From assembly GCF_009914755.1 (NCBI RefSeq), contig NC_060940.1: a stretch of 64,000 bases of DNA. The stretch is one strand, 5' to 3'. The notes under the pieces are model-generated. The model made no database searches. It saw only the letters and a list, made by a program, of their open reading frames with translations, and had not been told where the DNA came from. Shown piece by piece: positions 16,878-42,912 of the stretch. The stretch is from the human T2T-CHM13v2.0 reference genome, Homo sapiens. The position numbers and the translations under genes are program-made. Position 1 is the stretch's first letter; each line of letters opens with the position of its first letter.

Positions 16878-17799
16878 GTGAGGCGCTGGGTATGCTGGGA
16901 AGGTGGGGTCTCTTTGGGGTTCTGTGTGCAGCGAGCATGGTGTCCTTGGCACCAGGGTTTCGGCAGAGGAGCCTAGCGTGGGCCTACTTGGACTCCTCCG
17001 CGTGGGGCAGCTCGGGACACCCGGGCCTGCAGGAGAGCGGGGTTCTAGGCTGGCCCCGGCTCTGCAGTGCAGCCGGGTGCCTGCCACTCGCGGGGCTCTG
17101 TCGCAGTACTCGTGCCTGGCGCCTCCCCTCAGCCACAGAGACCGCAGTAGCTCCAACCATCGCACCCCTAACTGGGCCACGAGTTCTCTGATTGCCAGAC
17201 CTGTTGTCTTTGCCACTCACTGTTCTGAGTAATTGGAGAGTCGTGTATTCACTACACGCCAACCAGAGTGGTCCTGTAAAAGCGTAAGCCTAGTGTAGAT
17301 ACGCTTCTGCTTAAAACTCTTGAGTGGCTCCCAGTGCTTTTAGAACAAAATCCAAACGCCTTTCCGAAGTCGACAAGGCCCAGCTTGATTGAGCAGAAGA
17401 TGTGATAGGAGATGAGGAGCGGGGGGCTTCTGCAAAAGTGCTTCGGTCGCTCAGGCTTTTGGCACATTTTGCTTATGCAACCTAGTTCTTTCTACCTTAG
17501 GGCCTTTTCTTGGGAAAGTTGGGGTAAGGATTCCTGACCTGTAAAAACTGTTCCCCAACTTTATTCCGGTCTGTCTTGTAGATCTCAAATGCTAGTTTCC
17601 TCAGAGTCCTTCTGTAACCTTGGTTTTCTCTTTCTACAACGCTCTGTGTATTTCTTGCATTCATGTAGTCTGTAATTTGTATTACTCTCTCATTAGAGTC
17701 TAAGCTCTTGGAGGGCAAGGGTCTTCTCTAGCTTGTGGTGGTGGCTCCAGTCCCTAATATAGTGCCTGGCACATAGAAGGTATTTAATAAATTTTGTTA

Positions 17800-18898
<1,099 letters not shown>

Positions 18899-19011
18899 TG
18901 TTCCAGGTTTTGAAAAGACACTGTGGTCCTGGTTTTAGACTCAGCAACATCACAGACAAGAAAGGAATCCTATGGATTAAAGTTCTTCACTATAAGTTTT
19001 TTTTTTCCTCC

Positions 19012-19114
19012 AGTTCAAATGGGTAACGTGCCAATGTAGTAAAGGTTTGAGGGAGGCACGTCTGACACAGGCACATGAACACCCAGTCATCACGCTTATG
19101 AACTACAAAACGAT
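19012..19114 (-). pseudogene. U13 snoRNA (SNORD13) retrocopy
   Basis: Reverse complement atcgttttgtagttcataagcgtgatgactgggtgttca...ggcacgttacccatttgaac matches recalled U13; A-tail at 18997-19006. Confidence 0.85.
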
Positions 19115-19562
19115 GACTCTTAACCTTGAAGTGACTTCAGAATTGATTCCACATGGACCACAGGATTAGTATTTCAGGACTCTACCATATGGATCCTATT
19201 GATATGTTTGACACCTGGTCCAGTTTTACTTCACTAAACTGATTGATATAATGTGCATGATTGTCTAAGCCTTTCTAATTGGATGAAATGCCTTCTCCGT
19301 CCACAACCCCCTCCTTCTCCTCCTGCCTCAGCTGAATCCACCTTTTAAGCCTTCCTTGAACATTCAGTCAGATATGGCCATTTCTTTCTCTACTCCAACA
19401 TTTGTTGGACACAGTTTTCTAATGCACATTACAGATTCTGACAGTTCTAGATATTCTGTCTGTAAAATAAATGTTAGTACATGAGATAAAGTGGATTATA
19501 GCAATGTTGTTAAACTGCTGGTTGCAACCCATTGATGGGTCCTGACCAGCAAGTAAAAGTGC

Positions 19563-20905
<1,343 letters not shown>

Positions 20906-21678
20906 AAGAATGCTAATATCGTGAACATTTATGTTCCCACCACCCAATTTAAGAAAAAGAACAATACTTTTGAAGTCCACTGCGTACCCCTCCTTGATCC
21001 CATCTCTTTCCCTTCTCTTTTAGGAGTTAACTATCCTGATTCCTTGCTATGCTTTTTAGTGTGATCCCTGAAGAACGTATCACTCCATTTTGCATAGCTA
21101 TAAATTTCATAGAAATGGAATCGTATTGCATGTGTTGTGTGATTTGCTGTTTTTGCTCATCATTATATTCCTGGGATTATCCATTTTTAGGTTTATGTGT
21201 GACTGTAATTTATTGTTTAGATGAAAGTTTTCCTGGTTTGACTTGCTCTATCTTCATATTTTTCCTTAAGCTAAGGGTTCAGCATACGAAGGCAGTATTG
21301 GTGGCACTTCTTTAACAGTACCCCATCTCTTCTCCTAGCCTTGAGGGCTGCACCTAGATGAACTTGTGAGGCTCATTTGAACCTTTTGGAAGCACCGAAG
21401 CCTGCTGAAGTTTCCAGACATCTGTATGAATCTGTTGTAGTTTTTTAATGTTATATGCTGAATATAAAACCAAGTAACTCCTGCTGGAAACATTTACAAT
21501 ATCGATTAACAAATACTATCAGTGGCTTTGACATTTTTGTCAGTTTCTTGATTTTTTTCCCCGCTTTTGTCTCCCCTTCCCCCCTCCACATTTTGGGGCA
21601 TTGTGCTGTTAATAGATTTTTTTTCTGTTCGTTTGTTTATATACCTCCTGTTTCCTTCTGATGTTAATAGATTTCTGA

Positions 21679-21891
<213 letters not shown>

Positions 21892-22181
21892 TGATCTCAA
21901 AGCAGATGCCTTGGGCTCCAGTCTGAGCGTGGGCTAGGCTGTCACCCAGTGCTTATGATGAGGGCTGGTGTTGGTCCTGAGCAGGTCTGCTCAGCCAGGT
22001 AGGTATATGTAGCAGTTAGGCAAAATCATGCCTGTTTGGAGAGTCAGACATTATGTAGCAGCCTTAGCAGAGCCTCAGCATCTGTTTAACGGAGCAAAGA
22101 AAACCCAAGCCTCAGTAGTGTTGATGAAGTTGAATCATTTACTTGCCTTACTGAAATGGTGACATGTTCATCATATGGTTA

Positions 22182-24608
<2,427 letters not shown>

Positions 24609-25484
24609 TGGACGTTATTTTCTGAGTGATATATTAAACAGGAGAGAAAGAGGATTGGATTGCATTTTGGAACACTCACTGAGAGCGGTGTGGAGAGGAG
24701 AGCATTTGGGGATATTGTAGTCCCAGAGCTGCATAGTCCCAGAGGAGACAGCTCGGGGGAACTTGAGTTTGGTAACTCACTGGATATGATGGAGGGAGAG
24801 AGAAGATTCAAGAAGCACCAAGACTTCTGGTTAGAATGACAAAGTGGATGGGGCCTGCAAGGGAGGAATGGGTGGTGTGGGGAGGGGAACACGATGGAGA
24901 TTAGGCGTTTAGGTTTGGACATCCACATAGAGATGCCAATGGCAGATAGAATTTTGGGTCTGGAGACAGAATTTGTAGTTGTTGGAACTGAAACTGGGAG
25001 AGGTTGCAGTCTCTCAAGGGGGTGTGGAATGTGAAAGGTAGAGGGCTGAAGAAGGAATCCCGGAATAGCTGAGGAGGCAAAGAAGGGCAAGGGAGATAGC
25101 CAGCATGGAAAGGAAGAAAGAGGGAGTGTGTCTAGCAAGGTCAGAGGCACTGGGAAGTCCCAGATACTGATGACTGACATCAGCTGCAGGAGTGAGCTGG
25201 TGGTGGTTACCGAGAGTGATGTCAGTGGAGTGGTGGGCAGTAAGTGTGAAGAGGCCAGGAAGGTGGTGAGTGAGATGCCTTTTAAATAGTGAGCAGAGGT
25301 AGAAAGGACTACATTTCAGCTAAGCATCCATAGCTGGCTTCAGATATAAAACCTTGATGTGCCATTAAAAAAAAAAAAAAAAGAACCCCCTTCTTTCAGT
25401 GCACCGCTCTTCAAAGTGTGGAATGTGGACCACCTGTGGCACAATTGCCTGGAGCACATTAGCCCAGCCTTCTCAATAAGAGTG

Positions 25485-25487
<3 letters not shown>

Positions 25488-25535
<48 letters not shown>
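25488..25535. repeat. (GT)24 microsatellite within a MER5-like relic
   Basis: Directly visible. Confidence 0.95.
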
Positions 25536-25536
<1 letters not shown>

Positions 25537-26035
25537 CTGGGACTCTGCATTTCAAGTAAGCTTTCTAGTGATTCTAGTGTTGACCCAAGGCTGGAGGGCC
25601 TCTGTTTTAATGTGAGCTCCTTAGCTGTCCCCTTGAATTCCCAGAAAGCGTGGCAGGGCCTGCCTAGTTCTGGGTGCTCATCCCGACCCCGCCTGAGGGT
25701 TTTCAGTGTGTGAATTACTGCAGTAGGAAATATGGAGAAGTGATTCTCCTCCCTTTACTACGGTATTGGTGAACTCTTTAGTTTTCCCTGATGATGTTAA
25801 GTGAACGTGCCCAGTGGGGTACCTGTCACATATACAGTGGGTGTATGTGAGTGCTTCTCTTTCCCCGGCTGCTCTCCCTAATACCGCATCAGTGGTTATC
25901 TCCAGGCAGAGATGTAGGCCAGGTTAGGTCAAGTATTAGGCAGATTGAGTCTGAGTTTTTCCTGAGGAGGAAAATGTGTAGTGTATAGCAAGATCAAGAT
26001 GCTAGTGGCTGTGGAATTACTGTGACAGGGCTAAC

Positions 26036-26510
26036 TGCCGAGACCAGCTCGGTCGTGGAGACCCTAACCCAGTGGCGCTAGAGGAATTAAAGACACACAC
26101 ACAGAAATATAGAGTGCAGAGTGGGAATTGGGGGGCTGACAGCCTTCAGAGCTGACAGCCACGAACAGAACTTTACCTACATATTTATTGACAGCAAGCC
26201 AGTGATAAGCATTGTTCCTATAGATTATAGATTAAAACGGGAAACAAAGGGATGGGCTCTGGCTAGTTATTTGCAGCAGGAACATGTCCTTAAGGCACAG
26301 ATCACTCATGCTATTGTTTGTGGTTCAGGAACGCCTTAAGCGAAAGCCGCCCTGGGTGGGCCAGGTATTCCTTGCCCTCATTCCAGTAAACCCACGACCT
26401 TCAGTGTGGGCATCATAGCCATCAACGAGCATGTCACAGTGCTGCAGAGATTTGTTTATGACCAGTTTTGGGGCCTGTTTTTGGCCAGATTTGGGGGCCT
26501 GTTCCCAGCA
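26036..26510 (-). mobile_element. Solo LTR, MER9 (HERV-K HML-3 LTR)
   Basis: TG...CA termini, perfect 6-bp TSD GCTAAC (26030-26035, 26511-26516); minus strand starts TGCTGGGAACAGGCCCCCAAATCTGGCC, like recalled MER9. Confidence 0.85.
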
Positions 26511-26609
26511 GCTAACTACTGGAGCATTTTTAGGTCTGAGAACATCTTTCTCTGAGACTTTTTTCTGCAGCACTAGAGAATAACAGCTTGAAACTCTATT
26601 AAAATAAAG

Positions 26610-27130
<521 letters not shown>

Positions 27131-27219
27131 CTATCTGTTTAGCAATGTGTTTATATATGTGAATACTCTTGTGTGTTGATGTGTATCATGCAAAGGTTAC
27201 TGACTTTTTTGTTTTTTAG

Positions 27220-27256
27220 GTCATCTTATGCAGATATGCTACATGACAAAGACAGA
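27220..27256 (+). CDS. PRMT7: PRMT7 exon 4 (SSYADMLHDKDR)
   Basis: ttttag|G acceptor, AGA|gtaagt donor, 37 nt; PRMT helix motif MLHD.DR. Confidence 0.95.
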
Positions 27257-27429
27257 GTAAGTGTAAAAGGAAACTATTATCTTGATGTGGGGTGTTTTGA
27301 AGTCTTGGATTACAAGAAGGTTAAGAATCCCTGGGGGTCATGATGTTAAATGATACTGAGAGGCGTATGGTGTAGAAGTCAGGAAATCAGTTGGGAGACT
27401 GGGTCCTACTTCTGGCTCTATTTTTGTTG

Positions 27430-29352
<1,923 letters not shown>

Positions 29353-30478
29353 TAATTCCAGTCTGATTTAGTCTTTTGCCTATCAGTTTAGAAGTGTGTT
29401 TCTTAATGTATGAAAAATTTTTTTTCTTCAGTTGTGTTTCTGATATTAAGATTTTTGACTTGTTTTGCATTGTGGTCAGAGGATATCACCCTTTTGATGC
29501 CAGTTCTGTATTAGCTGTCTAATGTTATTTAACAAATTACCTTAAATTTTAATAGCCTCTTAATATTTCTTACTAACTTGGCAGGTCATCAGTCTATTTA
29601 AAAGATTTGCACATATTTTTTCCATCATCTTTAGTTATTTTCAACAGAAGGGTCACTGTGCCTATTGAGTCAGACCGTTATAGATGAAAGATGTATGTGT
29701 TTACTAAAGACAGAAGTAAAAATCTTCAAGATGCAAAGAAGTTATTTTCTGATGGGGAAAATACTTTTTAGTGAAGCTCTCTGAGTTAGAGTCGGTAAAG
29801 GAAAACAAGCCATACATATTGCAGCAGAGCGGCTTTAACACAAGGAGCTGGCTACCCAGCTGTGGGAGGGCTAGAAAGCAAATGGGAACGCTGAGTAACC
29901 TAACAGTAGAGATTGCAGGGAGCAGTTACCTTGCCTAGGGCTGAGAAACTAAACGAGAAGATTAGGATTTCCAGAAGCCACAAGCATTGAGGAGAGATCC
30001 TGTGGACCACTGTCCAAGTACGGCTGCAGCTCTGAGGGGCCCAAGGAGCTGGTTATGGGATCATTGGGAAAAGTTGGAGTCTGCAATCAACTGCCCCTAC
30101 CGAGAGGACCCTGATGAGAACAGCAGCATGCAGAAAGGAGCAAGCCTGCTCTGTCCTCCTACCTTCCAGTCGCCCTCTTGGTCCCCCTTTTGGCTGTACC
30201 TAACAGTTGGAAAAAGGAGAACATGGTTTGCAGGGCTCTGGCATCACTTAGTAGAGGATAGAAGAGTGAGTGTGGAGCAGGGACAGTCGCTTAATAAAGG
30301 GCAAGGGGCTGACTCACAAGACCTGCCCAACTCAGCCAGAGCTGTTCTGCCAGGGGCCAGAAAGGCCATAGGGCCCTGACTTGCACTGCCACTGCCAGCT
30401 GTGACTCTAGAACTTTGCAAAGCACCTTTCCACTTACTTATAATAACTGGTAGTAAGTGACGGCCATGTCTTCCTTAG

Positions 30479-30760
<282 letters not shown>

Positions 30761-30819
30761 TGAGCGTATAGAGATGAGTCAGACACAGTTCCTTCCTCCA
30801 GGAGCTAATTTTCTCCTCT

Positions 30820-31710
30820 GTCAGCCTAGGCTGCACATCAGAATCACTAGGAGCTTTAGAAAATACTTACAGGCTGGGCACAGTGGCTCACGCCTGTAAT
30901 CCCAGCACTTCGGGAGGGTGAGGCAAGACAATTGCTTGAGCCCAGGAGTTTGAGACCAGCCTGGGCAACATAGTGAGATCCCATCTCTACAGAAAAACTT
31001 TTAAATATTAGCTGGGCATGGTGGCATGTGCCTGTGTTCCAGCTATTCTTGAGGCTGAGATGGGAAGATCTCTTGAGCCCGGAAAGTCAAGGCTGCAGTG
31101 AGCCATGATTTGGACTTCATGTAAGAAAGCAAAAAATTACTTCTACCTTGTTTAAGCCAGTTATTGTGGGACCTTGTTGTTTCCAACTAATCAGTATATG
31201 AACTCAGTTTTGTAGGGGAAAGTATTTAAATACATGCCCCCACACCACCACACTCCAGCCTGGGTGACAGAGTGAGACTTTATCTCAAAAAAATCAAAAC
31301 CAAACAAAGGCTGGGCACAGTGTCTCACCCCTGTAATCCCAGCACTTTGGGAGGCCGAGGCTTGGATCATGAGGTCAGGAGTTCAAGACCAGCCTGACCA
31401 ACATGGTGAAACTCCATCTTTACTAAAAATACAAAAATTAGCCGGGTGTGGTGATGCGCGCCTGTAATCCCAGCTACTCAGGAGGCTGAGGCGAGAGAAT
31501 CGCTTGAACCCAGGAGGCAGAGGTTACAGTGAGCCGAGATTGCGCCACTGCACTCCAGCCTGGGCGACAGAGTGAGACTCCATCTCAAAACAAAACAAAA
31601 CAAAAAAACCTTATGCCTAGTCCCCAACCCTAACAGATTTTGATTTAACTTTTCTGGGGTGAGGCCTGAGCCTTGGGACTTGGGAATGTGCGGCAAGGTT
31701 GAGAACCACT
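30820..31710. mobile_element. MER5-like relic split by two + strand Alus (30872-31290, itself interrupted; 31309-31608)
   Basis: ggctgcacatcagaatcac...aaggttgagaaccact halves flank the Alus. Confidence 0.7.
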
Positions 31711-32097
31711 ACCTTAAATGTCCCTATGGAGTCAGCTCTCTTATGTTTACCAATTTGTCATTTCTTTAATAAAACATTAAACAGCTTGAGCCCACAGAGC
31801 AAGAAAAATTAAAAACCAAACAAAATTAAAAATTAAACATGTTATTTTTCTCATAAAACAAATAATGCATATTATTATAGGAAATTTGGTAAATACCAAA
31901 TAAAAATAGTATGTTGACCCAAAGTTAAGTACTGTTAACATTTTGGTGTATATTCTTCCAAGTTTTGGGGGCAGGCAGGGAGCATGTATATAAATACTTT
32001 CCCTACAAAATTGGGTTCATGTAGTGATTGAGTTGGAAATAACAAAGCCTCAAAATCACTGTGGTTTAAGGTAGAGTAGTTTTTTGCTATCTTTTTC

Positions 32098-32341
32098 GTG
32101 GCGTGATCTCTATTCACCGCAACCTCCGCCTCCTGGGTTCAAGCAATTCTCTTTTCTCAGCCTCCCAAATAGCTGGGATTACAGGTATGTACCACTGCAC
32201 CTGGCTAATTTTTATATTTTTAGTAGAGATAGGGTTTCGCCATGTTGGCCAGGCTGGTCTTGAATTCCTGATCTCAGGGGATCCCCCCACCTCAGCCTCC
32301 CAAAGTGTTGGGATTACAGGTGTGAATCACTGCGCCCTGCC
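32098..32341 (-). mobile_element. Alu, 3'-truncated
   Basis: Alu motifs. Confidence 0.85.
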
Positions 32342-33379
32342 TTGTTTCTCTTTTTTAAAAGTAAGAATAACTTTCCCAGGAATTTCTATTATAGCAAACC
32401 TCTCCTTGGGTACCATCGGCTAGAATGAGGTTAAATCTCATTTCTTATCTCTGGCAAGAGGGATTCAGTTACTCTTAGCTCAGACAAGTGCACCACTGCA
32501 AAGGTCAGTTCCCCACGCTGCACCCTCACCTGATTTCAGGGGAGAGGAGGACACAGAATGGATGTCGGGAGGTCATCTTCAGTGTCCACTCCTGGTAGTG
32601 TTTTGGGTGAGATCTTGAGCTTCTTGATGGGCTGAGGAGAAGGAGGTGTGAAGGTACCAGCTTGCAGGTTCAGGGAGAGGTGACTGATGAGTCAGAAGGC
32701 AGCAGGGGTGAGGGACGACACTGGCTTTGGATATTGTCAGGGTGGAGGCAAAGTGATTGGTGAGAACTAGGGTTTAAGGCCCTCAAACCACATCTAAAAA
32801 CATCAATGCAAATCCTAGAAATAATTTGAAATAGATGATGAAGATTTTTCTAGGAGAACATGTGTGTGTATTCCATGTAAATACTGCGCGCTAATCAATT
32901 GCACAACTGGAGCTGCTCACGTAAGTACTCTTTACGAAAGGATACAGCATTTGTCCCTTGATTATAGTAAAAAATATAGTATTCATGGTAGAAAATGTGG
33001 GAAATACAGAAAAGGATTTAGAAAAAAGGAAAATCTTATCAGGAACAGTCTCGGTATCATTTTGTGGTTTCCACTTCGTGTGTAGGGCCACACGTGAGTC
33101 TGTTTGTTTTACATGCTAGAGCTCTTGGGGCTGTGGAATCTAGACTGGATAAGTTGAAAACAAAGAGTTGGAGGTGCTTATTTATGTTCAGGGAAACTCG
33201 AAGAGTTCAGGGAAGACTTCTGGATGGGGGATTCATGCTGCCCTGGGAAGTGGGGTTTGATTTGGCAGGTGGGGCCAGGATAGGGAAGGCTCAGTGATCA
33301 TGAGATCATTGTGGCTGGAGTGTTGGTTGTTGGGGGAATGGGGGAGGAAGACTGGGAAGGTAAGGGAGGGCCTCCAAAG

Positions 33380-34417
33380 CAGTAGTTTCCCCTTATCTAT
33401 GGTTTCACTTTTCGTGATTTCAGTTACCTGTGGTCAACTGAGGTCCAAAAATACTAAATGGAGCCAGGTGCGGTGGCTCACGCCTGTAATCCCAGCACTT
33501 TGGGTGGCTGAGACAGGTGGAAACCTTGAGTCCCAGAGTTGGAGACCAGCCTGGGCAACATGGCAAAACCCCGCCTCTACAAAAAGTAGCTGGGCATGGT
33601 GATCTACGCCTGTAGTCCCAGCTACTTGGGAGATTGAGGTGGGAAATTGCTTGAGCCTGGGAGGTGGAAGCTGCAGTGATCATGCCACTGGACTCCAGCC
33701 TGGACAATAGAGTGAGACCTTCTCAAAAAAAAAAAAAAGAAAAATTAAATGGAAAATTCCAGAAATTATTTATAAGTTGTAAGTTGTGTACCATTCTGAG
33801 TATTATTACATAATTGTTCTATTTTTAGTTATTGTTAATTTATAAATTATTATTTATATTTATTATTGTGCCTAATTTATAAATTAAACCTGGTCATAGG
33901 TAAGCTTGGAGGCTGAAGCAGCTCCACTGTGAATGCTAATCCTCCACGCTGACTTCTGACCAACCCCAGCTTCAGGAATGCCTCTAAAATTTCCGCTCTC
34001 ATGCACTTTGATGTAAATCCTGCCCTCAGGTCAGAACAACTTTGATGTTATCATAAATACATACTTACCGTAAATCCTGCCCTTCGTCAAATTCCCTGTG
34101 GTATGTAAGCCCTGCGTCTGAGCCATAACAGTGTGGGGGCCCAGTTTCTCACTGCCCGAGACAAGGCTTCTGTTTGTATGTCTCTATAAAGTGTGTCTTT
34201 CTGAGAAGCTGGATTTGCCAGTCTTTCCTCAGCCTCTCAGCTCCCGTGGCCTGTTGGGGTAGGTTTGCATAGAGCTGCCCACCATGGAACAGTATGTATG
34301 TATAGCAAAAAAAAAAAAAAAAAAAAAATGGTATACATAAGGGTCAGTACTGTCTGAGGTTTCAAGCATCCACCAAGGGTCTTAAAATGTATCCCCCATG
34401 GACAAGAGGCACTGCTG
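33380..34417 (+). mobile_element. MER44/Tigger7-like DNA transposon interrupted by an Alu (33463-33740) and an LTR (33905-34291)
   Basis: Imperfect TIRs cagtagtttccccttatc / gacaagaggcactgctg; internal motifs match recalled MER44. Confidence 0.7.
33905..34291 (+). mobile_element. Solo LTR (LTR47-like, ERVL class)
   Basis: Ends ...catggaaCA; near-identical 5-bp flanks gtaag/gtatg; gtaaatcctgccct repeated twice. Confidence 0.6.
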
Positions 34418-34860
34418 CACCATAAGAAAATAGAGGCTGTGTTCTGCCAACAGTGGGGATTTGGGACAATTTTGAGCCCAGAGGATGACCTACTTACTCA
34501 CACCTACAGTCTGCTCTCCTCTGGAGGGCACAGCACGCCTCCCAGGTTCGTGAGGCAAGTCCCTTTCCTGGCTTTTTGGCGTCCTCTTGTGCGGTACTGA
34601 CACCTACTGCTCTTACTAAGTAGTGCAGCCTCCTCAGGATCCCCGGCATCCCCGCTGTGCCTGGCACGGAATGAGAGTCCCTAATCACAAGTTAAAGCCA
34701 ACTGAATCTCAGCCCTTTTTCATGATGCACATTTGGAGAATAAAGTATTTAAGTTACATATCTTAGGACCAGAATCAAGGAATAGCTTGCTCACCTTAAA
34801 GGTCAGACTACTGTTTAATTTATTGCTCATTTTTCCTTGGGTTTCGGCTCTATTTTCTAG

Positions 34861-35067
<207 letters not shown>

Positions 35068-35256
35068 TAGAAATGGGACCTCTCTGTGTGGAGCTCTGAC
35101 AGTAAGGACTTGGTTTCTCTTGATGTTTATTTTCCTGCTAGTTAAAACTAGTCAACAAGGAGTAGACTAGAGCTAGTCAGGTCCAGCAATGGAGACGCAA
35201 ACAAAACCTACATTTGCTTTAAGCAAATTGGAATTCTTATGGGGCTCAACTCTTGA

Positions 35257-35324
35257 GTTTCAACTACCAATAATTACGCCTTGGATAAACCTCATTGGCT
35301 ACGATACTGCCACTGCTCAAAGCT
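35257..35324 (-). pseudogene. U4 snRNA retrocopy, 5' ~68 nt only (tailless)
   Basis: Reverse complement AGCTTTGAGCAGTGGCAGTATCGTAGCCAATGAGGTTTATCCAAGGCGTAATTATTGGTAGTTGAAAC; flanking direct repeats caactc(t)tgagtttc. Confidence 0.9.
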
Positions 35325-35362
35325 CAACTCTGAGTTTCATCAGGCAGAAAGTACTTAGTTCT

Positions 35363-37568
<2,206 letters not shown>

Positions 37569-37959
37569 TCATTTTTGATATTGTATTTTTTAATCTCTGA
37601 AAGTTCCACTTGATTCTTTTTCATAACTTCCATTTTTCTCATGTTCATAGTTTTCTATAAGCACATTTATTTTAGCTTTTTGAACATCCTTATCTTCTGT
37701 TCCCACCATCTTTGTTTTTTCTGGGTTTGTTCTCTTGACTCATTTTTATCCTTATTCTGGGTCACATTTTCCTTCTTCACATGTCTAACCATTTTTGTTT
37801 GGATGCTGTGGCTATTTGGAATTCCCCATTGTTGAGTGCTAGACTTTGTTGGTTTTGCTTTTTAAACTTTGGCATGCAGTTGGGTTACTTGCAGTTCAGA
37901 TTGATCCTTTCAGGGCTTGTTTAAGCTTTCTTTGGAGTGGGGTTAGAGTAGCTTTAAGT

Positions 37960-38204
37960 CAGGCCTTCTCAACAGTAGTGCTGTGACGTTTTGGCATTCT
38001 CCAACTATGTGACATTTTGATAATTCTTTGTTGTGGACCCTGTCCTTTGCATTGTAGGATGTTTAGCAGTGTCCCTGGCCTCTTCCCAGTGGATGTCAGT
38101 AGCACTCCCCTCCTCCCACCATTCTTGCCAACTAAAAATGTCTCCAGACTGCCACGTCTTCCTTGGTCTCGAGTGTGTAAAATTGCCACCTGTTGAGAAC
38201 CACT
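37960..38204. mobile_element. MER20-like hAT element within an old L1 relic
   Basis: ttctcaac...tgtaggatgtttagcag...aaaaatgtctccagac...gttgagaaccactg. Confidence 0.75.
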
Positions 38205-38789
38205 GCTCTAAGGCTGTTTAGCCAGACAGTTACTGTAACCTTTCTGGAGTGTCTGCTGAGAGCTCTAGGTGCTCAGCAGGGTTTCCCTTGTCTGGCTGAT
38301 CAGAACTTGAATGTTTCCCAGGCCTCTGAGAGCTCCGGAGATTGTTATCACTCATGCAACCTTTGCTCGGCTTCACAGAGTATTACCCTGTGTGTGTGTG
38401 AATGTATTAACACAGACCCTAGAGGAACCCTGTGCAGCATTCTGAAGGCTTTTTTTCTGTGTAATTTCCTCTCTGATTCTCTGCCTGGCAAGTTCCAGCT
38501 GCTTCCACTTCCCTGAACTCGTTTCCTGTCTGTTTAACTCAGCAAGACTGCCGTGCTCTGTGTCACCTCTTACCCTATACTGTGGTCTGGAAAGGGTCTC
38601 CTGGCTGATAGCCAGAGCAGGGTAAGGGTTACTTGGTTTGTTTCCCTTCTTAGGGAGCAAACTGTGTTGCCTCTTGCTCAACATCTGAAAACACTTGTTT
38701 CATATATTTTGCCCAGTTTTCTAGTTGATAACAGCCGGAGGGTAAGCCTGATCCCACTTATTCCACTATGGCCAGAGTGGAGATTGATT

Positions 38790-42912
<4,123 letters not shown>

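Larger units (their letters stand above)
15995..17185. promoter_or_regulatory. CpG island / bidirectional promoter shared by SLC7A6OS (-) and PRMT7 (+); GC boxes at ~16775-16785 and ~16810-16820
   Basis: High GC and CpG density; SLC7A6OS ATG (16704) is <180 bp from the PRMT7 exon-1 donor (16877); no TATA box seen. Confidence 0.9.

Noticed and set aside
16671-17262. Overlapping 90-180 aa ORFs in the promoter region
   Set aside because: Stop-poor CpG-island sequence with no recognisable domain; only the SLC7A6OS frame has splice support.
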